Shown here piece after piece: positions 46,567 to 54,766 of a stretch of 64,000 nucleotides of DNA. The DNA comes from a virus. The translations under genes and the position numbers were made by a program. The notes below the pieces were generated by a model, which was not told the DNA's origin, made no database searches, and saw only the letters and a program-made list of their open reading frames with translations. The DNA lies in IMG/VR virus record IMGVR_UViG_3300013132_000031, positions 32,001-96,000 of that record. One strand, given 5' to 3'. Numbering within the stretch: position 1 is the stretch's first letter; every line of letters starts with the position of its first letter.

Positions 46567-49227
46567 TTAGTTCACAGCGGCTTGTGCTATTCGTTGGTTG
46601 CTGGACACCAGGATTTTTTGCATGCGAGTCATGTCTTGCATTTCGGCTAGAATTTGTTGATTGACATCATCTCGAGGTTGTGCAGCGGCCTGCAGACTGA
46701 TTTTGAGATCGTTCAATGCTGCTCGTATTTCTGCCCCGACATTGTGACTCATGTTTTTGCTCATGGCCTCAATCTTGGCCGGATCAATGTCTGGCTGAGC
46801 CATTGAATCCAACAAGCCGCCAGCACTGATTGTGACTGGTACTGATCCATTTTTCAAGGGAATAATGGCTTCTGGACCTTTTTCACCTATGCGAGCCAGT
46901 TGCTCTCTGAGAGCAATGCCACCGTCACCAAAACTGTTTATTGCAGTGTCAAAATCTATAGTTGCTTTGTTTTGATTGCCCGGAAGACCAGTTTGGCCGC
47001 CAGCATCTTTGGGAATGCCAGCCCATATTCCACTAAGGCGTTTTACAAAGGCTTTCTTGGCATCTGGTGTGGGATTGGCAGCATATTCATCATAGCCAGC
47101 TTGTTTGATCAAAGAGTCAGCCAATTGATCTTGAAGATCCTTGTCGAACATTTGATCGCCTTGAATTTTTAGCTGCGCAATTTTTTCTTTCAAAGTACTC
47201 TGTACTATTTGATATGCGCCTACGGCAGTGCTTTCTCCTTTTTTCAGTCCTTTTTTTCTGCGTTGGTCTTGCAAGGCCAACACTTGATCCACTGTCATTT
47301 TGGTCAGTTGCACTGCTGCTTGTTTGCCTTCGCCTTGCTGTATGTCATAGGGATTTTCTGCCCCTGGCGTGATCTCAGCACTTTTGATCATGTTTCTGAT
47401 GTTCTGCATCTGCTGAGCTTGATTGGTGGGCGGTGGTGCTGATTGAACTTGTGGTGCCGGTGCTGTATTTGATTGTCTACCTTTACCGGTCAGTCTGTCC
47501 AATATTCCCACACTACCTGGTGCTCGATTATCAACCGGACGTGGCGGTTGTGCTTGTGTTGCTGAGTTAGTATCCGCAGTGTTTTGAGCATTGTTTTGTG
47601 CATTGGGAGGTTGCGTTTGTTCAAGGCTTCCCTTGCGTTGTCGGCTTGGTGCGGCTGTGTTCTGCTGTTGTCCAGTGTATTCTTCACGAAACTTGTCCAG
47701 CTTGTTCTGAGATTTTCTTTGTAAATCAAGGGCTGCCTGACCCTGACCGTTGTATGTTTTTAGAATTTTAACTAAGTCATCTAACTGCTTTGCTATTTCC
47801 TTGCTGGCCGCAGCCAGCACCCTAGCTGGTGCCTGCAACTGTGGTTGAACCGATTCTACTAGGCCTTGCATTTCCAGTCCCAGCCTACGATTGCCTTCGT
47901 TGATTTTAGCTTGGTCAGCAGTGTTCTTACTGGCTTCATTTAGTTGTTTGCCGTATTCTTCGTCGGCCTTTTTAAATCTGTCCACTATACTGGTTTGCAG
48001 TTTGGCAGCCAGATCAGCTGACTCGCTCATGCTCACAAACTTTGTATTGAAGTTGCCTGTGAGTCCCAGCACTGTGCCAATTGAATCTCCTGTTTGTTGT
48101 ACTTGTTTCAAAACTGTTTGTGCAGCTTCGGCTGGTTGTATGCTGCCTTCCAATAGTTTTTGCAGTGTGGCAAATGCTTCAGGTGCTGAACGTTGTAGTT
48201 TTTGCGCAGCTTCGCTGGTGAGGTTGCCGGCAAACATGTCTCTAGCACCTTGTGCCACTTCAGGAGCCAGACCTTGTACCACGTCGTTGAACATGGTCAT
48301 GTTTTTTACACCTTCGGTGTTGCCGGCCAGTTCTAGGCCACGCAGTTTGGCTCTGAATCGCTCTTCATTCATGGCTGCGGCTCTGGCAGCTTCTCGTGAT
48401 TTGCGATCCTGCCCAGTGATCATGGTCAGCTTGTTTTGTTCTTCCAAGTATTTTCGAGCACTTTCGCCCAACTTTTCTGAGTCACCAATTTCAGCTTTTG
48501 TGTTTCTACCCAGCTGTGTTTGCAGCTTGAGATAACTCATGGTTGCATCGTTTATGTCTTCCTGAGTCATACCTGCACGAAACAACGCTTCGCGATTGAG
48601 GTTGACCTGTGCTGACGATGCTGCTAGAACTTTGGCTCCTTGCCGCACTGTGCCACCCAACGATGCTAGATCTGCACTGCTTTGTTTTATAAGGCTACCG
48701 TATTCGGGAAATTCATTCAACAGGATTCCCATTTTTTGCAGGTCACCAAACATGCCTTCTAGACCGTCACTGGCAGTGGCACCCGATTTGCTGATGTCTT
48801 GAAACAGTTTGAACTGTCCGGCAGCCATTTCATTGGACAGTTTGGCTGCTTCAGCGGCTGCACCAAACACCTTTGTTGTAATGTAGGCTGCTGCTGCCAC
48901 CAGAGATTTTACAACCACACCACCAGGAGTAAGCACCACCAAACCTGCTGCTGCCAAATTTACTGTCTGTTGAAATTGATCCAATGCTGCATTGGCTGCT
49001 GTGGCCGAAGTGTTGCCCTGATACACTGCTCGAGCATAGGCTCCTGTGGCTGATGCCAGAGTATTCAGCCCTTGCGCTGCCAAATCGGTTTTCATGCCAA
49101 AATCTCGTATGCCAGTTTGGGCGTTCAGCAGCGCCTGGCGAGTGCCAGGCAGCACTTGACCAAATTGTTTCATGTCTTGATTGACTTGTGCCAGGGTCTG
49201 CGACAGCTCTTGTTCTTGTGGGGTCAT
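46567..49227 (-). CDS. Tape-measure-like protein with C-terminal lysozyme-like domain
   Basis: Long Ala/Gln helical region; IKSAE..MTVDQV..TAVGAYQI..TL..FD..QD..W muramidase-like motif; GG..GEKGPEAIIPL. Start moved to ATG 49227. Confidence 0.75.
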   Translation of the reverse strand: MTPQEQELSQTLAQVNQDMKQFGQVLPGTRQALLNAQTGIRDFGMKTDLAAQGLNTLASATGAYARAVYQGNTSATAANAALDQFQQTVNLAAAGLVVLTPGGVVVKSLVAAAAYITTKVFGAAAEAAKLSNEMAAGQFKLFQDISKSGATASDGLEGMFGDLQKMGILLNEFPEYGSLIKQSSADLASLGGTVRQGAKVLAASSAQVNLNREALFRAGMTQEDINDATMSYLKLQTQLGRNTKAEIGDSEKLGESARKYLEEQNKLTMITGQDRKSREAARAAAMNEERFRAKLRGLELAGNTEGVKNMTMFNDVVQGLAPEVAQGARDMFAGNLTSEAAQKLQRSAPEAFATLQKLLEGSIQPAEAAQTVLKQVQQTGDSIGTVLGLTGNFNTKFVSMSESADLAAKLQTSIVDRFKKADEEYGKQLNEASKNTADQAKINEGNRRLGLEMQGLVESVQPQLQAPARVLAAASKEIAKQLDDLVKILKTYNGQGQAALDLQRKSQNKLDKFREEYTGQQQNTAAPSRQRKGSLEQTQPPNAQNNAQNTADTNSATQAQPPRPVDNRAPGSVGILDRLTGKGRQSNTAPAPQVQSAPPPTNQAQQMQNIRNMIKSAEITPGAENPYDIQQGEGKQAAVQLTKMTVDQVLALQDQRRKKGLKKGESTAVGAYQIVQSTLKEKIAQLKIQGDQMFDKDLQDQLADSLIKQAGYDEYAANPTPDAKKAFVKRLSGIWAGIPKDAGGQTGLPGNQNKATIDFDTAINSFGDGGIALREQLARIGEKGPEAIIPLKNGSVPVTISAGGLLDSMAQPDIDPAKIEAMSKNMSHNVGAEIRAALNDLKISLQAAAQPRDDVNQQILAEMQDMTRMQKILVSSNQRIAQAAVN

Positions 49228-49236
49228 GTTTGTGTG

Positions 49237-49262
49237 CCTATAAGTAGAACTATATTTATAGG
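49237..49262. promoter_or_regulatory. Pseudo-palindromic pair of divergent late promoters (TATAAGTA on +, TATAAATA on -)
   Basis: CCTATAAGTA-GAACTA-TATTTATAGG. Confidence 0.7.
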
Positions 49263-49268
49263 TCAATT

Positions 49269-50111
49269 ATGCTCCAAACTTCTAACCCTTTGCAACAGTT
49301 TTTCCGCCAACCTGCCATCTACATACGGTTGCCCAGCAATGGGCAGCACTGGCCACCGGGCAGTTTGGACATGCCGGCCAACTGTGAACTGCCAGTGTAT
49401 CCCATGACTGCCATTGACGAAATCACCTATCGCACACCTGATGCGCTGTTCAATGGACAAAGCACAATCAGTGTGATTCAAAGCTGTGTGCCAAATATCA
49501 AAAATGCCTGGCACATGCCGGGAATTGATCTCAACAGTGTGCTGATTGCCATTAGAGTGGCCAGCTACGGTCACAACATGGAAGTGGACAGCACTTGTCC
49601 CAGTTGCGAGACCATGGGAGAGTATGTGACTGATCTCAGACGCATACTAGATCAAATGGACTCAGCCGACTACAATCTTCCAATTCAGTACGGCGATCTT
49701 GAAATTTATTTCAAGCCATTGAATTATCAGCAACAAAATCAAAGCAGCTTGGATCAGTTTGAACAACAAAAAATTCTAGCTGCTGTGCCCGAAAGTGATC
49801 TCACTGACGATGAAAAAATTGCACGTATGAATCAAGCCCTGGTGCGAATCACAGAAATGACCATGGAGTTGATCAGTCTGAGTATTGCACTGATAAAAAC
49901 TCCCACTGCCACTGTGACTGCCACGCAACACATTGCAGAATTTGTCAGCAACTGTGATCGAAAACTGTACCATGCCATACGTGATCGCATGGTCGATCTG
50001 CGTAAAAGCACTGAGATTCCCAACATGCACATAGAGTGCAATGAGTGTAATCACAAGTACGAACAACAGATGACCTTGGACATGGTAAGTTTTTTCGACA
50101 AAGCCTCCTAA
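49269..50111 (+). CDS. gp26: Baseplate hub assembly protein (gp26-like)
   Basis: YIRLPS..PMTAIDE..LIAIR.AS.G..CPSC...CNECNH..SFF. Confidence 0.8.
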   Translation: MLQTSNPLQQFFRQPAIYIRLPSNGQHWPPGSLDMPANCELPVYPMTAIDEITYRTPDALFNGQSTISVIQSCVPNIKNAWHMPGIDLNSVLIAIRVASYGHNMEVDSTCPSCETMGEYVTDLRRILDQMDSADYNLPIQYGDLEIYFKPLNYQQQNQSSLDQFEQQKILAAVPESDLTDDEKIARMNQALVRITEMTMELISLSIALIKTPTATVTATQHIAEFVSNCDRKLYHAIRDRMVDLRKSTEIPNMHIECNECNHKYEQQMTLDMVSFFDKAS

Positions 50112-50137
50112 ACAGCAACGCAGAACAAATCGGTACC

Positions 50138-50326
50138 ATGGTTGAAACTTTGGACAAGGAGGCTAACCAGATTCGCTCAGAAAGTTTCAAATTGGCCTGG
50201 TACATGCGAGGCGGCATAACCTACGAACAAGTCATGCAGTTGAGTTCTGTTGAGCGCGGCATGATCAATGCATTGGCCAAAGAAAATATTGAAACCACAA
50301 AGAAAACCAACTTACCATGGTTCTAA
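50138..50326 (+). CDS. gp51-like hub assembly chaperone; probably also the -1 frameshift extension of gp26
   Basis: WYMRGGITYEQVMQLS..ER motif; frame is open back to the slippery site at 50090. Confidence 0.65.
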   Translation: MVETLDKEANQIRSESFKLAWYMRGGITYEQVMQLSSVERGMINALAKENIETTKKTNLPWF

Positions 50327-50823
50327 ATCAAGAAACTGTTGCTGCTGACATCTTAGCCTGGAGTGAAACTTTTGTGGAAGTCCCGCATCCTGCACTAGGT
50401 GGGTGGCCGCCTTGCCCGTTTGCAAGGCAAGCACGCCTTAACCAAACCATACAAGTTTTGACTGGCACAGATCCTTACTTTGATCTAAAGAACCGAGCAC
50501 GTTGGGGCATGGGCCGCTATGAGGTGGTTGTGTATGCATATGATCCTGAGGACTGGCCTTATGCTCGTTTTCACTCTGCCATTGAATCAGCCAACCAAGA
50601 ATTTTTGTTAGCACGTGATATCCTGGCTCTGGAAGATCATCCTGAGGATGTGGAAGATGTCAACGGTGTGATAATGAATCAAGGCCGGTATGCTTTGGTG
50701 CTGGTACAAAGTCTTTCAAAGTTAAACACAGCCGCCCGACAAATAGGCACCAAAGGATTTTATCATGCCTGGCCTGAAGAATACTTGACTGGGCTGTTTA
50801 GACATAGACAGGATCCCAGATGA
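50317..50823 (+). CDS. DUF1415-like protein
   Basis: W...FV..PCPFAR..DHP..LVQ motif pattern. Confidence 0.55.
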   Translation: MVLNQETVAADILAWSETFVEVPHPALGGWPPCPFARQARLNQTIQVLTGTDPYFDLKNRARWGMGRYEVVVYAYDPEDWPYARFHSAIESANQEFLLARDILALEDHPEDVEDVNGVIMNQGRYALVLVQSLSKLNTAARQIGTKGFYHAWPEEYLTGLFRHRQDPR

Positions 50824-51257
50824 GCAGTTATCAGTTTGCCAGAATTGACCTCAGCAAAACCAACTACAGCATAGGCATAGAATGGATGTACATAACCCGT
50901 CCAGATATTCCTGCACTCAATGCCATCTATCGTAATTACTGCGTGTACAAAAAGTTTTCAAGCGTGATGCCCATATTTGACAGCAGATACACCGACCCCA
51001 TGACTGATGTGATTGGATATTATGACCAGGCCCAGCTGGTAGCGTTTTCACTGATCAAACGCTACGACGAACACAATGCACTGTGCGATCAATTTGCATG
51101 GACTTATCACAATCCTAAAATGCGCATGGGTATAGAAACAATGAAAGCCGAGTGTGCCATATACCGAGCACGAGGATTTAAGTACTTGTATCTAGAACAA
51201 GCACACTTGTACAAAAGTGAAATAGACGGATTTGAAATATTAGGACCACTGGAATAA
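50820..51257 (+). CDS. Stand-alone ATE_C/Bpt-like aminoacyl-tRNA-protein transferase domain (GNAT fold)
   Basis: IYRNYC, LVAFS, MG..MKAE...R.RGFKYLYL..YK..GFE parallel the C-terminal half of ATE1/Bpt. Confidence 0.6.
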   Translation: MSSYQFARIDLSKTNYSIGIEWMYITRPDIPALNAIYRNYCVYKKFSSVMPIFDSRYTDPMTDVIGYYDQAQLVAFSLIKRYDEHNALCDQFAWTYHNPKMRMGIETMKAECAIYRARGFKYLYLEQAHLYKSEIDGFEILGPLE

Positions 51258-51260
51258 AAT

Positions 51261-52403
51261 ATGTATAGTGTATATCAACATTGGGATCCACTCAAGGTAT
51301 GTGTTGTGGGACGTAGTTACCCACCTGAGTTTTATTCATGGATCAAAATTCCACATGTACGATCGTTGTTTGAAAAAATAGCAATTGAAACTGAAGAAGA
51401 CTATCAAAAAATTATAAAAAAACTTCAAGAATTTGGCGTCGAAGTATTAAGACCTCAATTGTCCATCAACACCGTTGATAATCAAAAATATTTTCCGCCA
51501 CCTATGTGTCCAAGAGATAATATGATTATGTTAGGACAAACATTTTATCATGCTGATCCGTTTAATTTTAAACAATTTTACAAAGACGTTAAAGATACAT
51601 CCTGGCCTCCATGCCAATCTTTAGAAGAATTTGCAACATTGCCACTGCTTATACAAGATGAATGCAATAATGTTCACAAATTGTCAGATCACCTATTGTC
51701 AACCTATCGTAAAACGTATGAAAATTATGATCACGTATTTGCTCAAATCAGCCAACAAGGCAATGAACTAAAGAAAACTGGTATTTCCAAAGAGCCTGGC
51801 GCTTTTATCAGCCGGATCGGCAGAGACTTGTATTTTGGCACAGAAAATTATACCCAAGATCAAACTCAGTATCAAATAAATATTGACGCTGAATTTCCTA
51901 ACACACGTAATCACATTGTGAACACTGGAGGGCACGGGGATGGTGTATATTGTCCTGTTTGTCCAGGTTTAATAATCAGTTTGCGCGACGTTCCAACATA
52001 CAAAAAAACTTTCCCAGACTGGGAGGTTGTGTACTTGCCAGGACAGAGTTGGGCTAAAGTACAACCTTTTTTACGTCTCAAAGCAAAAAATCAAGGCAGA
52101 TGGTGGATACCAGGGTTTGAACATGATCAAGCAGTGATTGACACTGTTGAAACTTGGTTGGGACATTGGGTCGGATATGTTGAGGAAACGGTGTTTGATG
52201 TCAATATGTTGATTGTTGATCCAAAAAATGTCATAGTGTTTAATTATAACAAACAGGTATTTGATGCACTACATCGTTACGGTATTACTCCGCATATTGT
52301 GCCGTTTAGACACAGATATTTTTGGGATGGCGGCATACACTGTGTCACACTGGATTTACATCGAGAAGGTGTCATGCAAGATTATTTTCCACAAAGAGGT
52401 TAA
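51261..52403 (+). CDS. Amidinotransferase (glycine/inosamine-phosphate amidinotransferase, pentein family)
   Basis: HWDPLKVCVVG, PPMCPRD, GHGDG, FDVNML, terminal DGGIHCVTLDLHR with the catalytic Cys. Confidence 0.88.
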   Translation: MYSVYQHWDPLKVCVVGRSYPPEFYSWIKIPHVRSLFEKIAIETEEDYQKIIKKLQEFGVEVLRPQLSINTVDNQKYFPPPMCPRDNMIMLGQTFYHADPFNFKQFYKDVKDTSWPPCQSLEEFATLPLLIQDECNNVHKLSDHLLSTYRKTYENYDHVFAQISQQGNELKKTGISKEPGAFISRIGRDLYFGTENYTQDQTQYQINIDAEFPNTRNHIVNTGGHGDGVYCPVCPGLIISLRDVPTYKKTFPDWEVVYLPGQSWAKVQPFLRLKAKNQGRWWIPGFEHDQAVIDTVETWLGHWVGYVEETVFDVNMLIVDPKNVIVFNYNKQVFDALHRYGITPHIVPFRHRYFWDGGIHCVTLDLHREGVMQDYFPQRG

Positions 52404-52404
52404 C

Positions 52405-52746
52405 ATGGATTTATACACAATTTGGGCAGACAAAGAAGGAGACATCTCAGACATTGACTGGGTCAACGGTATGAAGAGTTTCTTTGATCATCTAGTAGAA
52501 GAGGGCCGTATGGAAACCTATAGAATCACACGTTGCAAGATGGGATTCCGTAGCATAGCAGACATGCCCGAATGGATGATCATCATGGAATTCCAGAACA
52601 TGGCACAAATGGATCAAGCCTTTAAAAGAGTAGCACCACTCAAGGGCGATCTAGAAACCAAACATCGAAGTTTCAATCAGTTTGTTTCAGGAAACATTCA
52701 ACATGCATTGTTTAGAGATTGGCCAGATACCAACTTGGATGATTGA
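52405..52746 (+). CDS. DUF6614-like dimeric alpha+beta barrel protein
   Basis: YTIW..YRITRCKMGF..PEW.I.MEF..MAQMD.AF..H..ALFRDWPD; GAGGT RBS before ATG 52405. Confidence 0.6.
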   Translation: MDLYTIWADKEGDISDIDWVNGMKSFFDHLVEEGRMETYRITRCKMGFRSIADMPEWMIIMEFQNMAQMDQAFKRVAPLKGDLETKHRSFNQFVSGNIQHALFRDWPDTNLDD

Positions 52747-52770
52747 TTGTATACTGTAAAAAGAGCTTGT

Positions 52771-53808
52771 ATGAATCAAAAAATATGTGTTACTAGTTGG
52801 CGCAGCATGGGATGCACGTTTATTGACTGGAGTATTCATTTTTTATCTGGACAAACTAGATATTACAATGCCAGTGCAAATGATTTTATAGAGTTAAGCC
52901 AAAATCCAATCAACAACATAAACGCCCACGGGCACAATAAAAATCATCCACTGGGATATGCTGAAACAAAAAAATGTTTGGAAATTTTTGACAATCTAAC
53001 AGACCAGGCCATTTGTTCAATGTATGCTGCCTGGTTGCCGCTTGATAGTGGCGCCAATATTATCAACGTTGGTATTGAACAACTGCCTGAGTCCAATATG
53101 ATGACACAAGTTCAACAAACCATTGCTGACGACTACAACAAGATCTTTGAACTATGTTATAAAACTAATACAAAGATAATATATGTTGCACCAGATGATA
53201 GAATGCACCTTTATCATCAATCCATTAGATCTCACAGTAGATTCATGACCAGGCCAGACCAACCAAATTCACCTAAAGAACTCAGTGATGAAATGCAGCA
53301 AGTGTTCTTTCAAAACAGTTTATCTCGTTGGCAAGATTTAAATTTAACCAACGTTTGGGACATCAGAGAACGCATGGCATTGGATAGCAGGCCATTTGCT
53401 GCCCACAAAAGTGACACCAAAATCCTATATCCCCATCATTGGGTAAGTTGTTTGAGTTTGTGGACCCGAACAGAAGAATCTATAGCAAACATTTTAAAAT
53501 ATCTTGACTTAGAAATTGATGCCAAAAGATTAGAACAATGGTTGCCTATCTGCAGACAATGGCAAAAAATGCAAACAGACATACTTGAGTTTTGTTACAA
53601 TCAGCCACACATTGTTGATGCTATTGTTAATAATTTGGATTTCAGTATTGACCTAACATTTGATCAAGAAGTTATAATTCAGCATTGCTTGATTTATCAA
53701 CATGGACTGAATCTAAAAACTTGGCAATTAAAAAAATTCCCATCAAACACACAGGAACTACACAAATTGTTAGAGCCTAACATACACCCAGTTCCGGTGA
53801 TTTATTAA
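52771..53808 (+). CDS. Hypothetical sulfotransferase-like protein (paralogue of 59348..60238)
   Basis: N-terminal MGCTFIDW, NAH motif and C-terminal FPSNTQELHKLL shared with the paralogue; function uncertain. Confidence 0.45.
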   Translation: MNQKICVTSWRSMGCTFIDWSIHFLSGQTRYYNASANDFIELSQNPINNINAHGHNKNHPLGYAETKKCLEIFDNLTDQAICSMYAAWLPLDSGANIINVGIEQLPESNMMTQVQQTIADDYNKIFELCYKTNTKIIYVAPDDRMHLYHQSIRSHSRFMTRPDQPNSPKELSDEMQQVFFQNSLSRWQDLNLTNVWDIRERMALDSRPFAAHKSDTKILYPHHWVSCLSLWTRTEESIANILKYLDLEIDAKRLEQWLPICRQWQKMQTDILEFCYNQPHIVDAIVNNLDFSIDLTFDQEVIIQHCLIYQHGLNLKTWQLKKFPSNTQELHKLLEPNIHPVPVIY

Positions 53809-54270
53809 AGATCTCTAAGAGATCTGTTGATTTCGCTGTGCTCATCAACGTATTGTTTTTTCTAGCGCGAAGCGACCAAGTATTCATGTAGATTGTTTTA
53901 GTCAGACGGAACCGTTTTGCGCGGTTCCATCTGTGTCTTCATGTGAGTTGAATCAGCCAAGACATTGGAAGTAGGTAATTTTTTATACACCGTATGCTAA
54001 AGGACTCTGTGCTTTTCCTTCCTACCACGATACGCTAGTGCGCTCTAAACCTCGTTCCTAGTGTTTAGATGTTTATAGCCGGTGTCTTCGTATGCTAACA
54101 TTCATACTATATCAATGCGTTGGCCCTATTGTTCTAGCCTCAAACTCGCTTCCCCTTCAGGATAGTGGGATTTACCCACGGGAGTGCATCAATATGTCAC
54201 GTGTCCGGTTTATTCCCCGGTTTTTCCACAGCGGTATTGCAAACTGGCCCGCCAACCTTGGGTGTTAGTT
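53808..54270 (-). ncRNA. Large structured non-coding RNA, probably ROOL-like
   Basis: 390 nt ORF-free gap with at least 7 hairpins and a long-range helix; G-U pairing favours the - strand. The core ACAGAGUCCUUUA..GGUGUAU..UUCCAAUGUCUUGGCUGAU resembles ROOL as recalled from memory, not searched. Confidence 0.6.
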
Positions 54271-54703
54271 GATTTGTAATTTTATCTTTGATGTGTGAGC
54301 CATGCACACGTACTTGTATATGGCCGTTGTAATAATCTGTTGATTCCAATACTCGCCTTGCAAATTGTTCTCTTGCCTCAATGTAACTGCATTCAGACTT
54401 GCTTTTGCAATAGTAAAGTATTTCTCTGGAGAAGTTTTTGGTGCCTAAAGTGATTACGTCTGCGGTTAATTCTGGGCTTGACCCGTAGTACTCACGCCAG
54501 TCTGAATCGACTTTGGTTCGTATCTTTTTCCGCTTTTTGATGCCGTTCTTTTGTTTTACTGTCTTGTACGTTGTTTTTGAAAATTTCGCTAATTTTTTGC
54601 CTATGTACCGGCGTCCAGTGAGATTATTTGTGATCTGATAAACAAATCCCACACATTCTTCGGGCAGTGTCTCAACTGGGGTGTCTTGATAAAGCCATGT
54701 CAT
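54197..54703 (-). CDS. Small GIY-YIG endonuclease (T4 EndoII/DenA-like size)
   Basis: GFVYQITN..YIGKK, YYGSS, FSREIL, E..EQ, YYNG. Confidence 0.85.
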   Translation of the reverse strand: MTWLYQDTPVETLPEECVGFVYQITNNLTGRRYIGKKLAKFSKTTYKTVKQKNGIKKRKKIRTKVDSDWREYYGSSPELTADVITLGTKNFSREILYYCKSKSECSYIEAREQFARRVLESTDYYNGHIQVRVHGSHIKDKITNQLTPKVGGPVCNTAVEKPGNKPDT

Positions 54704-54766
54704 GTGAGTTTTGAGAAATTGCCTTTCGTGCTATAGTTATGCCTTTGAGAGTGATTATATAGAATT

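Noticed and set aside
53808-54703. Group I intron carrying a GIY-YIG ORF
   Set aside because: Flanking genes (gp46 and 52771..53808) look complete and are convergent, so there is no interrupted exon pair, and I could not identify P7 core elements. Not formally excluded without cmsearch.
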